DNA of 61,692 bases, counting the filler, from Actinomycetota bacterium (GTDB lineage: Bacteria > Actinomycetota > Acidimicrobiia > IMCC26256 > VFJJ01), in the NCBI GenBank assembly GCA_009886115.1. It is 5 parts of 5 records of this genome, joined end to end, with 100 filler letters (N's around TTAATTAATTAA, not from the genome) between each part and the next. Parts side by side here need not be neighbours in the genome. Positions count along the whole stretch, not along the records: positions 9,264 to 30,312 come from VFJJ01000031.1; positions 30,413 to 41,168 come from VFJJ01000215.1; 3 more parts are not named here. One strand, 5' to 3'. The translations under genes and the position numbers were made by a program. Position 1 is the stretch's first letter, and the number at the start of each line of letters is the position of its first letter. Below the pieces are notes generated by a model. The model was not told where the DNA came from. It saw only the letters and a list, made by a program, of their open reading frames with translations, and searched no databases. Shown piece after piece: positions 28,392-37,823 of the stretch.

Positions 28392-29537
28392 TCAGACCCG
28401 GGCCTGTGCTCGGGCCACGGCCCGGCGTCGCTGACGGAGGTACAACAACGCCGGGGGCACCAACAATGCCAACACCAGCAGGCCCTGCACGACGTCGGCG
28501 ATGCGGGTCGAGAGCCCACCAGCGCGAAGGAAGTTCGACCCGGTGCGCAGGCAACCGAACACGAAGGCCACGAAGATCGCGGCGATGACCTTCTGGCGGG
28601 CCACCAGCGCTGCGAGCAGGCCGGCGAAGCCGATGCCGGCGCCGAAATTCGACACGAGCTGGTACGACCCGAAATCGCCGCCGGCGAGCATGAGCGCCCC
28701 GGCCAGGCCGGCGAAGCCACCGGAGACGAGCATGGCGCCGATCCCGTATCTGGTCTCGGACACCCCGGCCCGCCGAGCGGTACGGGGGTTGAGGCCGAGC
28801 ATGCCCAGACGGAAACCGGCCACCGTCCGAGCCAACACGACCGCCAGGACCAAGGCGATGGCCACCGAGATGAACACGCTGATCGGGAACTCGTTGCCGA
28901 ACACGGTGATGCGGGGGATACGAGTGTCGGCGGCCAGTTGCTCGCTCACCTGGTTCCGGTTCGCCCGTCCGGCCGCCGGCGCGAGCAGCAACCAACTCCG
29001 CTTGAGCCCGAAGCCCACGACGCTCGAAGCCACCGTGCCCAGAAGGAGCGTCGTGAGAACCTCGGGGACGTTGCGGGTGTAGCGAAGCACGCCGGCGATC
29101 CCGGCCCAGATCGCGCCACCCAGAACACCGGCGAGGCACAGGGCCACGATCACGAACGGACCGGGCCCGCCCAGGCGCACACCCACGTAGGCGCCGAACG
29201 CCGCGCCCATCACGAGCTGGCCCTCCTGGCCGATGTTCACCAGCCCAGCCCGGCCGCTGACGATGGTGCCCAGCGCCACCACGAGGATGGGAACCGTGGC
29301 TCCGAGCGTTCCGCCCCACCGGCCCGGGTTACGGAGGCTTCCGTTGATCATGGCGCGGTACACGTCCTGCCACGAGCCACCCGTGGCCACGACCAGGATG
29401 CCGGCGAGGACGAGCGCCGCCGCGATCGAGACGGCGTAGAGGCCGACGATCTCGGCGAGCGAGCCATCGCGAACCCGGGCTGCGGCCACCACCTCGTCGG
29501 CCGCGGTGTCGATCGCGTGCTCACCGATGTCGCTCAT
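28392..29537 (-). CDS. ABC transporter permease (nucleoside/simple sugar type)
   Basis: RAGLVNIGQEGQ and GLNPRTARRAG motifs; multi-TM. Confidence 0.9.
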   Translation of the reverse strand: MSDIGEHAIDTAADEVVAAARVRDGSLAEIVGLYAVSIAAALVLAGILVVATGGSWQDVYRAMINGSLRNPGRWGGTLGATVPILVVALGTIVSGRAGLVNIGQEGQLVMGAAFGAYVGVRLGGPGPFVIVALCLAGVLGGAIWAGIAGVLRYTRNVPEVLTTLLLGTVASSVVGFGLKRSWLLLAPAAGRANRNQVSEQLAADTRIPRITVFGNEFPISVFISVAIALVLAVVLARTVAGFRLGMLGLNPRTARRAGVSETRYGIGAMLVSGGFAGLAGALMLAGGDFGSYQLVSNFGAGIGFAGLLAALVARQKVIAAIFVAFVFGCLRTGSNFLRAGGLSTRIADVVQGLLVLALLVPPALLYLRQRRRAVARAQARV

Positions 29538-30312
29538 CGCGCCATCTCATCGGAGCCGGGACTGCCGACATCGAGCGGATCGGCCGCATCGGCCGCATCG
29601 GCCGCATCGGCCGCATCTGCCGCATCTGCCCGACCGGTCCCCATGAGCAGGCCCAAGCGCTCGAGGTCGACATCGTCACGGGCCATCTCACCGACCAGCC
29701 GTCCCCGGTAGAGCACCACGATGCGGTGCGCCAGGTCGAGGATCTCCTCGAGCTCGGTCGAGATCAGCAGCACACCCACGCCGCCGGCAGCGGCCTGGCG
29801 GAGCCGGTCGGACATGTACTCGATGGCGCCCACGTCGAGCCCACGGGTGGGCTGGGCGGCCACCAGCACCGCAGGATCGTGCGAGAGCTCCCGAGCCAGC
29901 ACCACCCGCTGCTGGTTCCCGCCCGAGAGCGACCACAAGGGTGCACGCGGTCCCGAGCAGACGATCCCGAACTCCTCGATGATCGCCGCTGTGTGGGCCC
30001 GCATGCGCTTGGGGTTCATGAGACCCCGTCGGGCCATCCGCCCGGGCTCGGCGAGGAAGAGGTTCTCGGTGACGGTCATGTCGAGCACCACACCGGAGTC
30101 GTGCCGGTCCTCGGGGATGATCGCCACTCCTGCTCGCGCCATGGCTCCTGCGGTCCCAGCGGCAACCGGCACGCCGTCGACGAGCACCTGACCGCGAACC
30201 AGGCGCAGGAGGCTCGACAGCACATCGCCCAGGGCCCGTTGACCGTTGCCCTCGACCCCGGCGACGCCAACGATCTCGCCCGCACCCACGACGATCGAGA
30301 GGTCGTCGAGCA
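29534..30312 (-). CDS. ABC transporter ATP-binding protein (CUT2 type), 5' partial
   Basis: GVAGVEGNGQ, IPEDR, LSGGNQQ and QPTRGLDVG; cut by the linker. Confidence 0.92.
29579..29630. repeat. 9-bp coding tandem repeat (Ala-Asp-Ala x~5-6)
   Basis: ATCGGCCGC units in the ATPase C-terminal tail. Confidence 0.85.
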
Positions 30313-30412
30313 NNNNNNNNNNNNNNNNNNNNNNNNNNNNNNNNNNNNNNNNNNNNTTAATTAATTAANNNNNNNNNNNNNNNNNNNNNNNNNNNNNNNN
30401 NNNNNNNNNNNN
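30313..30412. other. Artificial contig linker
   Basis: N44-TTAATTAATTAA-N44. Confidence 0.99.
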
Positions 30413-30505
30413 CGCCGCCGTCAACGTCGTCTTCCCATGGTCAATATGACCAATCGTACCAATATTCAAATGCGGCTTCGTCCGCTCGAACTTCTGCTTA
30501 CCCAT
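30413..30505 (-). CDS. tuf: Elongation factor Tu, N-terminal fragment (cut by linker; absent from the ORF track)
   Basis: Manual translation [39 protein letters not shown]; lies downstream of tRNA-Thr/Met. Confidence 0.95.
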
Positions 30506-30583
30506 GGATTTCCAGCGCTCCTTTGCGTGAGATCTCGCTACATTGACGGGGAACTTCTGTGAGAACTACGAGGTGATCGAGCG

Positions 30584-30657
30584 TAGCGGTGGAGGGACTC
30601 GAACCCTCGACAACGCGATTATGAGCCGCGTGCTCTGACCGACTGAGCTACACCGCC
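30584..30657 (-). tRNA. tRNA-Met (CAT), elongator type
   Basis: GGCGGTGTAGCTCAG...CTCATAA...GGTTCGAGTCC...CACCGCTA cloverleaf; CCA not encoded. Confidence 0.92.
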
Positions 30658-30720
30658 ATGTTCCACGCGAAGCAACGGGTGACCCCCGGGCTGGCCCGGT
30701 GTCACCCGCCGATCGTGGAG

Positions 30721-30793
30721 AGCCCCCTTACGGACTTGAACCGTAGACCCCTTCCTTACCATGGAAGTGCTCTGCCGACTGAGCTAAGGGGGC
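30721..30793 (-). tRNA. tRNA-Thr (GGT)
   Basis: GCCCCCTTAGCTCAG...ATGGTAA...GGTTCAAGTCC...AGGGGGCT cloverleaf. Confidence 0.95.
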
Positions 30794-30880
30794 GGGCCCG
30801 GACAGGATAGCAAGCGCCGCCGGTCGGTCGGGTCTCGAAAGCTCCCCGGCCACCGAGCGGGCCGAGGATAGGGTGCGACC

Positions 30881-31381
30881 ATGCGACCAGAGGGCCTGCA
30901 CCTGCGCCTCGTCGAGCGACGCGACGCCGAGGCGATCAGGGCCATCTACAACCTCGAGGTCGAGCACACGACGCACACGTTCGACATGGTCCCCCGCACT
31001 CTCGACGAACAGGTCCGCTGGATCGACGCTCACTCGGGCGGCCACCCCGCCGTGGTCGCCGAGCTCGACGGCGTCGTCGTCGGGTTCGGATCGCTGACGG
31101 CGTACCGCCCTCGGCCGGCGTACTCGACATCGGTGGAGAACTCGGTGTACGTGCATCAGGACCGACGCAGCGGCGGTGTCGGACGGGCCCTGCTCGAGGA
31201 GCTCGTCCGCAGCGGCCAGAGCTACGGGTTCCACGCCATGCTCGCCCGCATCGTGGGGGGCCACACGGCATCGATCCGACTCCACGAGGCCTGCGGTTTC
31301 GAGGTGGTCGGGCGCGAGCGCGAGGTCGGCCGCAAGTTCAACCGCTGGCTCGACGTGGTCGTGATGCAGCGCATGCTGTGA
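30881..31381 (+). CDS. GNAT N-acetyltransferase (phosphinothricin/methionine-sulfoximine acetyltransferase type)
   Basis: AIYN, YRPRPAYSTSVENSVYV, SIRLHEACGF and VGRKFNRWLDV motifs. Confidence 0.92.
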   Translation: MRPEGLHLRLVERRDAEAIRAIYNLEVEHTTHTFDMVPRTLDEQVRWIDAHSGGHPAVVAELDGVVVGFGSLTAYRPRPAYSTSVENSVYVHQDRRSGGVGRALLEELVRSGQSYGFHAMLARIVGGHTASIRLHEACGFEVVGREREVGRKFNRWLDVVVMQRML

Positions 31382-31406
31382 CCCGCTCGATATACCCTCA
31401 CCGTGC

Positions 31407-31457
31407 CGAAATTTGCGCGAACATGCTCATGAGATGCGCATTTCCGCGCACATTTCG
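31407..31457. repeat. ~50-bp extragenic palindrome (REP-like), copy 1
   Basis: CGAAATTTGCGCGAACATGCTCAT-GAG-ATGCGCATTTCCGCGCACATTTCG; related copy at 58571-58622. Confidence 0.75.
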
Positions 31458-31490
31458 CCTGGGGTGGGGTGGCCTGAAGGGATGGGAGGC

Positions 31491-33995
31491 TCACGCGGTG
31501 AGCGAGCCGAGGAACGCGGCGTCGCCGTAGGAGAAGATCCCGCCGTCGGCGGCGACCAACCAGTACCCCCGACCCGTTGGCGTGGCCGCCATCCCCACGA
31601 TCGGCTGGTTCAACGACACACCCCCCGTCGAACCAAAAAAGCGCGCATCCCCGTACGAGAAGATCCCACCATCGGTCGCCACGAACCAATACCCGTTCCC
31701 ACTCGGCGACGACGCCATCCCCACAACCGGCCGATTCAACCGCAAATTCCCCGTCGAACCGAAGAACCGCGCATCACCGTACGAGAACACCCCCCCATCA
31801 GCGGCGACCAACCAATACCCCTGGCCCGTTGGCGTGGCCGCCATCCCCACGATCGGCTGCGCCAGGATCAACGACTTGGCCGAGCCCGGAACGGCCGCCC
31901 CACCGAAGCCGTAGACGCCACCGTCGCTGACGGCGATGCGGTAGCCGCGTCCGTCGGGGCTCGCCGCGAGCGTCACGACCCGTTGACCCGTGGCGGTCGG
32001 CGACGTGGGGGTGGGGTTGGCTTGGGCGCCGTCACCGCCCGACGGCGCGTTGGGCCCGGTGAGTGAGCCGCCCGAACCCGTGTCGAATGCCCCCTGGACC
32101 GCTGTGGACGTGGTGAAGGGCGCGATCGGCGTGACGTCGGCGTTCCACGCCACGGAACGGGTCCCTCCGCCGCCGACGGGGACGACGAGCAAGGCTCCGC
32201 GTACGGCGTCTTGCACTCGAAGCTGCGATCCCGCGTCGACGGTCGTGGCGAGCATGAGCTCGTTGCCCGAGAACACGCAGTCGACGACGTCGATGAGGTC
32301 GGGCTGACCGGCTCGCCCGGGGAGGTGGATCCCGGCGATGGTGTGACCGCGGAAGGTGCAGTGGTCGACGAGCATCGGCCCGTCCGGACCGAGTGTGTGG
32401 TCGCGACACTCGATCCCCGCCGGCGAGAACCCGGAGCCGTCGATCAACACGTTTGTGACGCGCAGGGGGCGTCCCTCGAAGCCAGCATTGACGGCGCGGA
32501 GGCCGATGCCGCCCTTGAGGTTGCCGTAGAGTACGCAGCGTTGGTATCGGTACGCGTTCCTGTAGGCCCCGTGGTCGATGCCGTACCCCCCGTTGTAGTA
32601 CGCCACGAAGCTGTCGATCACGTGGGCGTTGCGGTTGTTCTGCCAGGTGAAGATGCCGTCGACTGCGTTGTTGTGGGCGACGCAGGTGTCGAAGGTCCAC
32701 ACCCCTTGCGACATCTCGGGCCAGGTGAAGCCGCTGGCGTCGACGTTGCCCTGGACGCCGACGGCCACGCACCCGGTGGCCACCGACCCTGTTCCCGCGC
32801 CGAGCATGAAACCCGTCAGCCTGAAGCCGCGGAAGTCGACCGTGGACCGCACCCGCGACGCGACGCAGGACTCGTAGCGCAGGTCGTTGGTGGGAGGCGC
32901 CTGGGGGACCGTCGCTGGCGACGTGGCCGTGTCCCACCAGTAGGCGTCCTCGTACGTGTCGTGCGAGATGCAGTTGCGGAACGTGATCCCGTCGCTCAAG
33001 TGCGGCACGAAGGCGTGGTGGGCCGCGTCGCGAACGACGACCCCGTCGACCAGGGAGCCCCGCGACCCCGCTCCGCACATGTGGAAGTGCAACCCGTATC
33101 GCCCAACGGGCCCGTTGGGCGCGACGTGGCGGATCGACGTGCTGGCAACGATCTGCGGCCGGGTGGAGATCACGAAGACGTGGGCCCGCCCGCTCGGGGT
33201 GCCCTCGATGCGCACGTTCCGGGTGAGGTTCAGCACCTCGCACGTGAACGTTCGACCGTCGCCCAGCGAGACGGCTGGATGGGCGACCCGGGTCGGGGTC
33301 GTGAGCGTCACCGTGGCGCCGGCGATCGCGGCGATCGTCGAGACGTCGTAGGCATCGTGATGTCCGTTGACGGTCGGGGGTTGGGTGGGCGTGAGCACGA
33401 TCTCGTCGCCAGGGAGCCAACCGACCGGGGCCACGGCGAGCGCGATCGAGGTCGCACCCGCGGCCACGGCGCCCGCGGCGCGGGTCCATGCCAGCTTGGG
33501 CGAGCCCGAGCAGTCGAGCAGGCCAGCACCGGTGACCCACAGGCCGACATCGGTGGCCAGCGGGGTCATCCCGCCGCCCACGAACTGACCTTCGTTGATG
33601 CCGGGGAACACGATCCGGTGCACCACCGCAGCCGAGTTCGGTCGCATGCTGAGCGTGCCCTGATCGACCAGGTTGGCGGTACAGGTGAGCGTGACCGACC
33701 GGGCGGGATCGAAGACCAGGGTCGAGCCGGGCAGGATCACCAGGCCCCCGACGGTGGCGTCGGTGTCGAGGACGACCGTGCCGGTGCTGATGGTGGCCGT
33801 CGAGCCCGGACCCGGAACCTGTCCGCCCCAGGTGCCGGGGTCACTCCACGCTGAGCCCGAGGGAGCGGCCCTGACCCAGTCGGGTACGACGGCCGAGGCG
33901 ACAACACCGCCGGCGGCGAGGGTTCCCAAGGCCAGGATCCGCCGTCTGCTCAACGCTTCGGACGTACTGGATCGCAGCTGCTCGGAGTTGGGCAC
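31491..33995 (-). CDS. Tat-exported G8 domain / right-handed beta-helix protein with C-terminal [10 protein letters not shown] repeats
   Basis: SRRRIL twin-arginine signal, [12 protein letters not shown]8-like start, [23 protein letters not shown], parallel beta-helix turns, and ~40-aa C-terminal repeats. Confidence 0.85.
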   Translation of the reverse strand: MPNSEQLRSSTSEALSRRRILALGTLAAGGVVASAVVPDWVRAAPSGSAWSDPGTWGGQVPGPGSTATISTGTVVLDTDATVGGLVILPGSTLVFDPARSVTLTCTANLVDQGTLSMRPNSAAVVHRIVFPGINEGQFVGGGMTPLATDVGLWVTGAGLLDCSGSPKLAWTRAAGAVAAGATSIALAVAPVGWLPGDEIVLTPTQPPTVNGHHDAYDVSTIAAIAGATVTLTTPTRVAHPAVSLGDGRTFTCEVLNLTRNVRIEGTPSGRAHVFVISTRPQIVASTSIRHVAPNGPVGRYGLHFHMCGAGSRGSLVDGVVVRDAAHHAFVPHLSDGITFRNCISHDTYEDAYWWDTATSPATVPQAPPTNDLRYESCVASRVRSTVDFRGFRLTGFMLGAGTGSVATGCVAVGVQGNVDASGFTWPEMSQGVWTFDTCVAHNNAVDGIFTWQNNRNAHVIDSFVAYYNGGYGIDHGAYRNAYRYQRCVLYGNLKGGIGLRAVNAGFEGRPLRVTNVLIDGSGFSPAGIECRDHTLGPDGPMLVDHCTFRGHTIAGIHLPGRAGQPDLIDVVDCVFSGNELMLATTVDAGSQLRVQDAVRGALLVVPVGGGGTRSVAWNADVTPIAPFTTSTAVQGAFDTGSGGSLTGPNAPSGGDGAQANPTPTSPTATGQRVVTLAASPDGRGYRIAVSDGGVYGFGGAAVPGSAKSLILAQPIVGMAATPTGQGYWLVAADGGVFSYGDARFFGSTGNLRLNRPVVGMASSPSGNGYWFVATDGGIFSYGDARFFGSTGGVSLNQPIVGMAATPTGRGYWLVAADGGIFSYGDAAFLGSLTA
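31494..31980 (-). repeat. ~120-bp coding repeats (three conserved plus one degenerate)
   Basis: Units of [34 protein letters not shown]. Confidence 0.85.
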
Positions 33996-34150
33996 GAGGA
34001 CGAACTCTACCGGACATCGAGACAGGCGAATCCCATCACCAGCTCAAATGCCAGCTAACTCAGAGCCCACAAGGGCCGGGGCCCAACGAGCGCAGCACCG
34101 GCCGGAGCCGGTGCTGCGTCGAGACGGGTGCGGCAGGTGCCATGGTCGAA

Positions 34151-34234
34151 TGGTGGGCCGGGTTGGATTCGAACCAACGTAGCTCGCGCAACGGTTTTAC
34201 AGACCGTCCCCTTTGGCCTCTCGGGTACCGACCC
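34151..34234 (-). tRNA. tRNA-Tyr (GTA)
   Basis: GGGTCGGTACCCGAGAGGCCAAAGGG...CTGTAAA...long variable arm...GGTTCGAATCC...GGCCCACCA, with CCA encoded. Confidence 0.95.
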
Positions 34235-34317
34235 CCAAGGCCCGAGAAGCTAGTGGACCCAGGCGTCGGGGCGCGAATGATTCGCTGCCGCGGCACCGAC
34301 ATCGAGCCCCGGGGAGC

Positions 34318-35169
34318 TCACGCCCACGAGCCCGAGCGGAGCCGTGCGATGCGCTCCTCGGTGGAAGGGTGCGTCGAGAACATCCGGGCGAAGTTGGCTC
34401 GCCGTCCGCCCAACGGGTTCACGATGTACGCGTTCTCGGTGGCCGGGTTGACATTCATCGGGATGCGCTTGCTGGCGCCCTCCAGCTTGGCCAGGGCCCG
34501 CGCCAGAGGCTCGCCGTCACCGAGCAGGAGGGCGGCTCCGGCGTCGGCCTCGTACTCACGCGAGCGCGAGACGGCCATTTGGATGGCCATCGCGGCGATC
34601 GGCGCGAGCAGGGCCATGGCGATCAGAGCGATCGGGTTGCCGTTGCGATCGTCGTCGCGCCCCCCGCCGCCGAACATGGCGCCGAACATGGCCATCCGGG
34701 CGATGAAGGTGATCGACATGCCGACGGCCGCGGCCACCGAACCGATGAGAATGTCCCGGTGCTTGACGTGCATGAGCTCATGGGCCACGACGCCGCGAAG
34801 CTCACGATCGTCCATGCTCTGCAGCAGCCCTCGGGTGACGGCGACGGCCGCATGCTTGGGATTGCGACCGGTCGCAAAGGCATTGGGCTGCTCGGCCGGG
34901 GAGACGTAGATCCGGGGCATCGGGAGGTCGGCCCGTTGCGAGAGATCACGGACCATGGCGTAGAGGCCGGGGGCCTCGGCCTCCGACACGGCGTGCGCAC
35001 CGGAAGCCCTGATCGCGAGCTTGTCGCTGAACCAGTACGAACCCCCGACCATGACCAAGCCCAACACCAAGCCGAGCACGGCCCCGTTGCGACCGAAGGC
35101 CCCACCGACGACCACGAACAGCCCGCCGAACAGGGCCAACAGTCCGAAGGTCTTGACGTTGTTCTTCAT
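34318..35169 (-). CDS. htpX: Zinc metalloprotease HtpX (M48)
   Basis: QPNAFATGRNP, HELMH, SRSREYEAD and FSTHP motifs. Confidence 0.95.
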   Translation of the reverse strand: MKNNVKTFGLLALFGGLFVVVGGAFGRNGAVLGLVLGLVMVGGSYWFSDKLAIRASGAHAVSEAEAPGLYAMVRDLSQRADLPMPRIYVSPAEQPNAFATGRNPKHAAVAVTRGLLQSMDDRELRGVVAHELMHVKHRDILIGSVAAAVGMSITFIARMAMFGAMFGGGGRDDDRNGNPIALIAMALLAPIAAMAIQMAVSRSREYEADAGAALLLGDGEPLARALAKLEGASKRIPMNVNPATENAYIVNPLGGRRANFARMFSTHPSTEERIARLRSGSWA

Positions 35170-35274
35170 CGATCTTCCTTGTCGAGACGAAGAGCCATCA
35201 CCGACCACAACGTCCCAGCCCTCGAGTTTTGTTCCTCGAACGGGCCGAGGAGCGGCCCGGATGGCCCGCTGGCT

Positions 35275-35766
35275 CTACCCGTAGTAGCCGGAGTGCACGT
35301 AGAGGCAGGGCACCTTCTCGGACCGGAACATCTCGACGTTGCGAGGGTCGTCCTCGAAGGCCAACGACAGCTCGAAGCCGAACGCCCTCAGGTCGCGAAC
35401 CGTCTCGCGCTTGAAGGCCCGGGCCGAGAGATAGTCGCCCCACGAGCGCATGACGAGCAGGTCCCAGCGGAAGCCGTAGTGCTCGAGCCAGCGCTTGGTC
35501 AACGGCCGGACCCGGGCCGGACGGGCGGTGAGCAGAACGATCTGCAGCTCGGGACGGAGGAGATCGAGCAACCGGTGCATCTCCTCGATGATCGGGTCTT
35601 CGCCACAGGCGTCGAAGAACGCCTCCCAGTCGGGATAGGGCTGTTCGAGGTAGTGCTGACGCGTCGCAGCGTCGGAGAGCACTCCATCGATGTCGACGAC
35701 GACGGCTCGGCCCGGCGCCATCGGACCAGACGGCCAGAGCCAGTGCTCGGGGGAGGAAGGTGTCAT
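35275..35766 (-). CDS. HAD superfamily phosphatase (polynucleotide-kinase phosphatase-like)
   Basis: VVDIDGVL, LLTARP, FK and FEDD HAD motifs. Confidence 0.82.
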   Translation of the reverse strand: MTPSSPEHWLWPSGPMAPGRAVVVDIDGVLSDAATRQHYLEQPYPDWEAFFDACGEDPIIEEMHRLLDLLRPELQIVLLTARPARVRPLTKRWLEHYGFRWDLLVMRSWGDYLSARAFKRETVRDLRAFGFELSLAFEDDPRNVEMFRSEKVPCLYVHSGYYG

Positions 35767-35870
35767 TGCGGCCGTACCCCGACCGGAACCGTCCCCGCCT
35801 CGCTCACCGGGACCGCCACTTCGAGGCCGTCGTTCCGGTGCGGGTCGTGCCCGCGAGAGGCCATGGGATC

Positions 35871-37823
35871 TCAGTCGTCGTTCGGCTGGGCGAGGTAGCG
35901 AGCCTTGATGCCGGCCACGACGCTGGCGTCGGCGAGGGTGGTCGTGTCCCCGAGCTCGGCGTCCTCGGCCACGTTCTGCAACAGCCGACGCATGATCTTG
36001 CCCGAGCGGGTCTTCGGGAGGTCCTCGGTGAACAGGATCGAGCGGGGCTTGGCGATGGGCCCGATGAGGCGGCCGACGTGGTCGCGCAGCTCGCCGACCA
36101 GGACGTCGCTCGGATCGTTGCCCGCCCGCAAGATCACGAACGCCGCGATCGCCTGGCCGGTGGTGGGGTCGGCCTTGCCGACGACGGCGGCCTCGGCCAC
36201 GGCGGGATGATCGACGAGCGCCGACTCGACCTCGGTCGTCGAGATGTTGTGGCCCGACACGAGCATGATGTCGTCAACCCGGCCGAGTAGCCAGAAGTAG
36301 CCCTCGGCGTCGCGCTTGGCGCCGTCACCGGCGAAGTACTTGTCGCCGAAGCGGGCCCAGTAGGTCTGGTGGTAGCGCTCCGGATCGCCCCAGATGCCGC
36401 GCAGCATCGACGGCCAGGGCCGGGTGAGCGCGAGATAGCCCCCGCCGGGGACCGCTACCGAACGCCCGTCGTCGTCGATGATGTCGGCACCGATGCCAGG
36501 CAGCGGAAAGGTCGCCGAGCCGGGCTTGCACACCGTGGCGCCCGGGAGCGGGCTGATCATGATGGCGCCGGTCTCGGTCTGCCACCACGTGTCGACGATC
36601 GGGCAGGTCGCACGGCCGATCGTGTTCCAGTACCACACCCAGGCCTCGGGATTGATCGGCTCACCCACCGAGCCGAGCAGGCGCAACGACGACAGGTCGC
36701 ATCGTTCGGGGAACTCGTCGCCCCACTTCATGTGCGTCCGGATCGCCGTCGGTGCCGTGTAGTAGATCGTGACGCCGTACTTCTCGACCGTGCGCCACAT
36801 CCGGTCCTTGTCGGGGAAGTCGGGCGTGCCTTCGTAGATGACGCTGGTGGCCCGGTTCGCGAGCGGCCCGTAGACGATGTACGAATGACCCGTGACCCAT
36901 CCGCAGTCGGCGGTGCACCAGTAGACGTCGGTCTCGGGATGGAGGTCGAAGACGTGCTTGTGGGTGAACGCCACCTGCGTGAGGTACCCGCCGGTGGTGT
37001 GCATGATGCCCTTGGGCTTGCCCGTGGTTCCCGAGGTGTAGAGGATGAACAGGAGGTCCTCGGCGTCCATGGGCTCGGGAGGACAGTGCGGGCTCTGGGC
37101 AGCCACGAGCTCGTGCCACCAGTGGTCGCGGCCCTCGGTCATGGCGATCTCGTGCCCGGTCCGACGGAGCACCAGCGTCGAGCGGACGGTCGGCGTGGCC
37201 CCGAGCGCCTCGTCGACGATGTCCTTCAGGTGGACGATGCTCCCGCGTCGCCAGGCCCCGTCGGCGGTGATGACGGCCACCGCCCGCGCGTCGTTGATGC
37301 GGTCGACGAGGGAGTTGGCGGTGAAGCCTCCGAAGATCACCGAATGGGCAGCACCGATGCGGGCACAGGCCAGCATCGCTGCGGGGAGCTCGGGCACCAT
37401 GCCCATGTAGATCGCGACCCGGTCACCCTTGCGCACGCCCAGTGCCGTGAGCGCGTTCGCGATGCGCGACACCTCGTCGAGGAGCGCTCGATAGGTGAGC
37501 ACCCGCTCGTCGCCGGGCTCGCCCTCCCAATGGAAGGCCACCTGGCCGCCATGGCCGGCGTTCACGTGCCGGTCGAGGCAGTTGTACGACACGTTGAGCT
37601 TCCCACCGACGAACCACTTCGCATCGGGGAGGTTCCACTCGAGCACGGTGTGCCACTCGTCGAACCAGTCGAGGGCCAGGGCCTGGCGAGCCCAGAAGCC
37701 CTCCCAGTCGGCGTCGGCGTCGGCGTACACCTCGGCGTCGGTGATCAGCGCCCTCGCGGCGAAGGCCGACGAGGGAGCGAAGGTTCGACCCTCGGCGAGC
37801 AGAGCCTCGATCGGCTCGTTCAT
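35871..37823 (-). CDS. acs: Acetate--CoA ligase
   Basis: [30 protein letters not shown] and [11 protein letters not shown] motifs. Confidence 0.96.
   Translation of the reverse strand: MNEPIEALLAEGRTFAPSSAFAARALITDAEVYADADADWEGFWARQALALDWFDEWHTVLEWNLPDAKWFVGGKLNVSYNCLDRHVNAGHGGQVAFHWEGEPGDERVLTYRALLDEVSRIANALTALGVRKGDRVAIYMGMVPELPAAMLACARIGAAHSVIFGGFTANSLVDRINDARAVAVITADGAWRRGSIVHLKDIVDEALGATPTVRSTLVLRRTGHEIAMTEGRDHWWHELVAAQSPHCPPEPMDAEDLLFILYTSGTTGKPKGIMHTTGGYLTQVAFTHKHVFDLHPETDVYWCTADCGWVTGHSYIVYGPLANRATSVIYEGTPDFPDKDRMWRTVEKYGVTIYYTAPTAIRTHMKWGDEFPERCDLSSLRLLGSVGEPINPEAWVWYWNTIGRATCPIVDTWWQTETGAIMISPLPGATVCKPGSATFPLPGIGADIIDDDGRSVAVPGGGYLALTRPWPSMLRGIWGDPERYHQTYWARFGDKYFAGDGAKRDAEGYFWLLGRVDDIMLVSGHNISTTEVESALVDHPAVAEAAVVGKADPTTGQAIAAFVILRAGNDPSDVLVGELRDHVGRLIGPIAKPRSILFTEDLPKTRSGKIMRRLLQNVAEDAELGDTTTLADASVVAGIKARYLAQPNDD

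Noticed and set aside
30676..30708. Hairpin between tRNA-Thr and tRNA-Met
   Set aside because: No U-tract; most likely an ordinary spacer or processing stem rather than a separate element.
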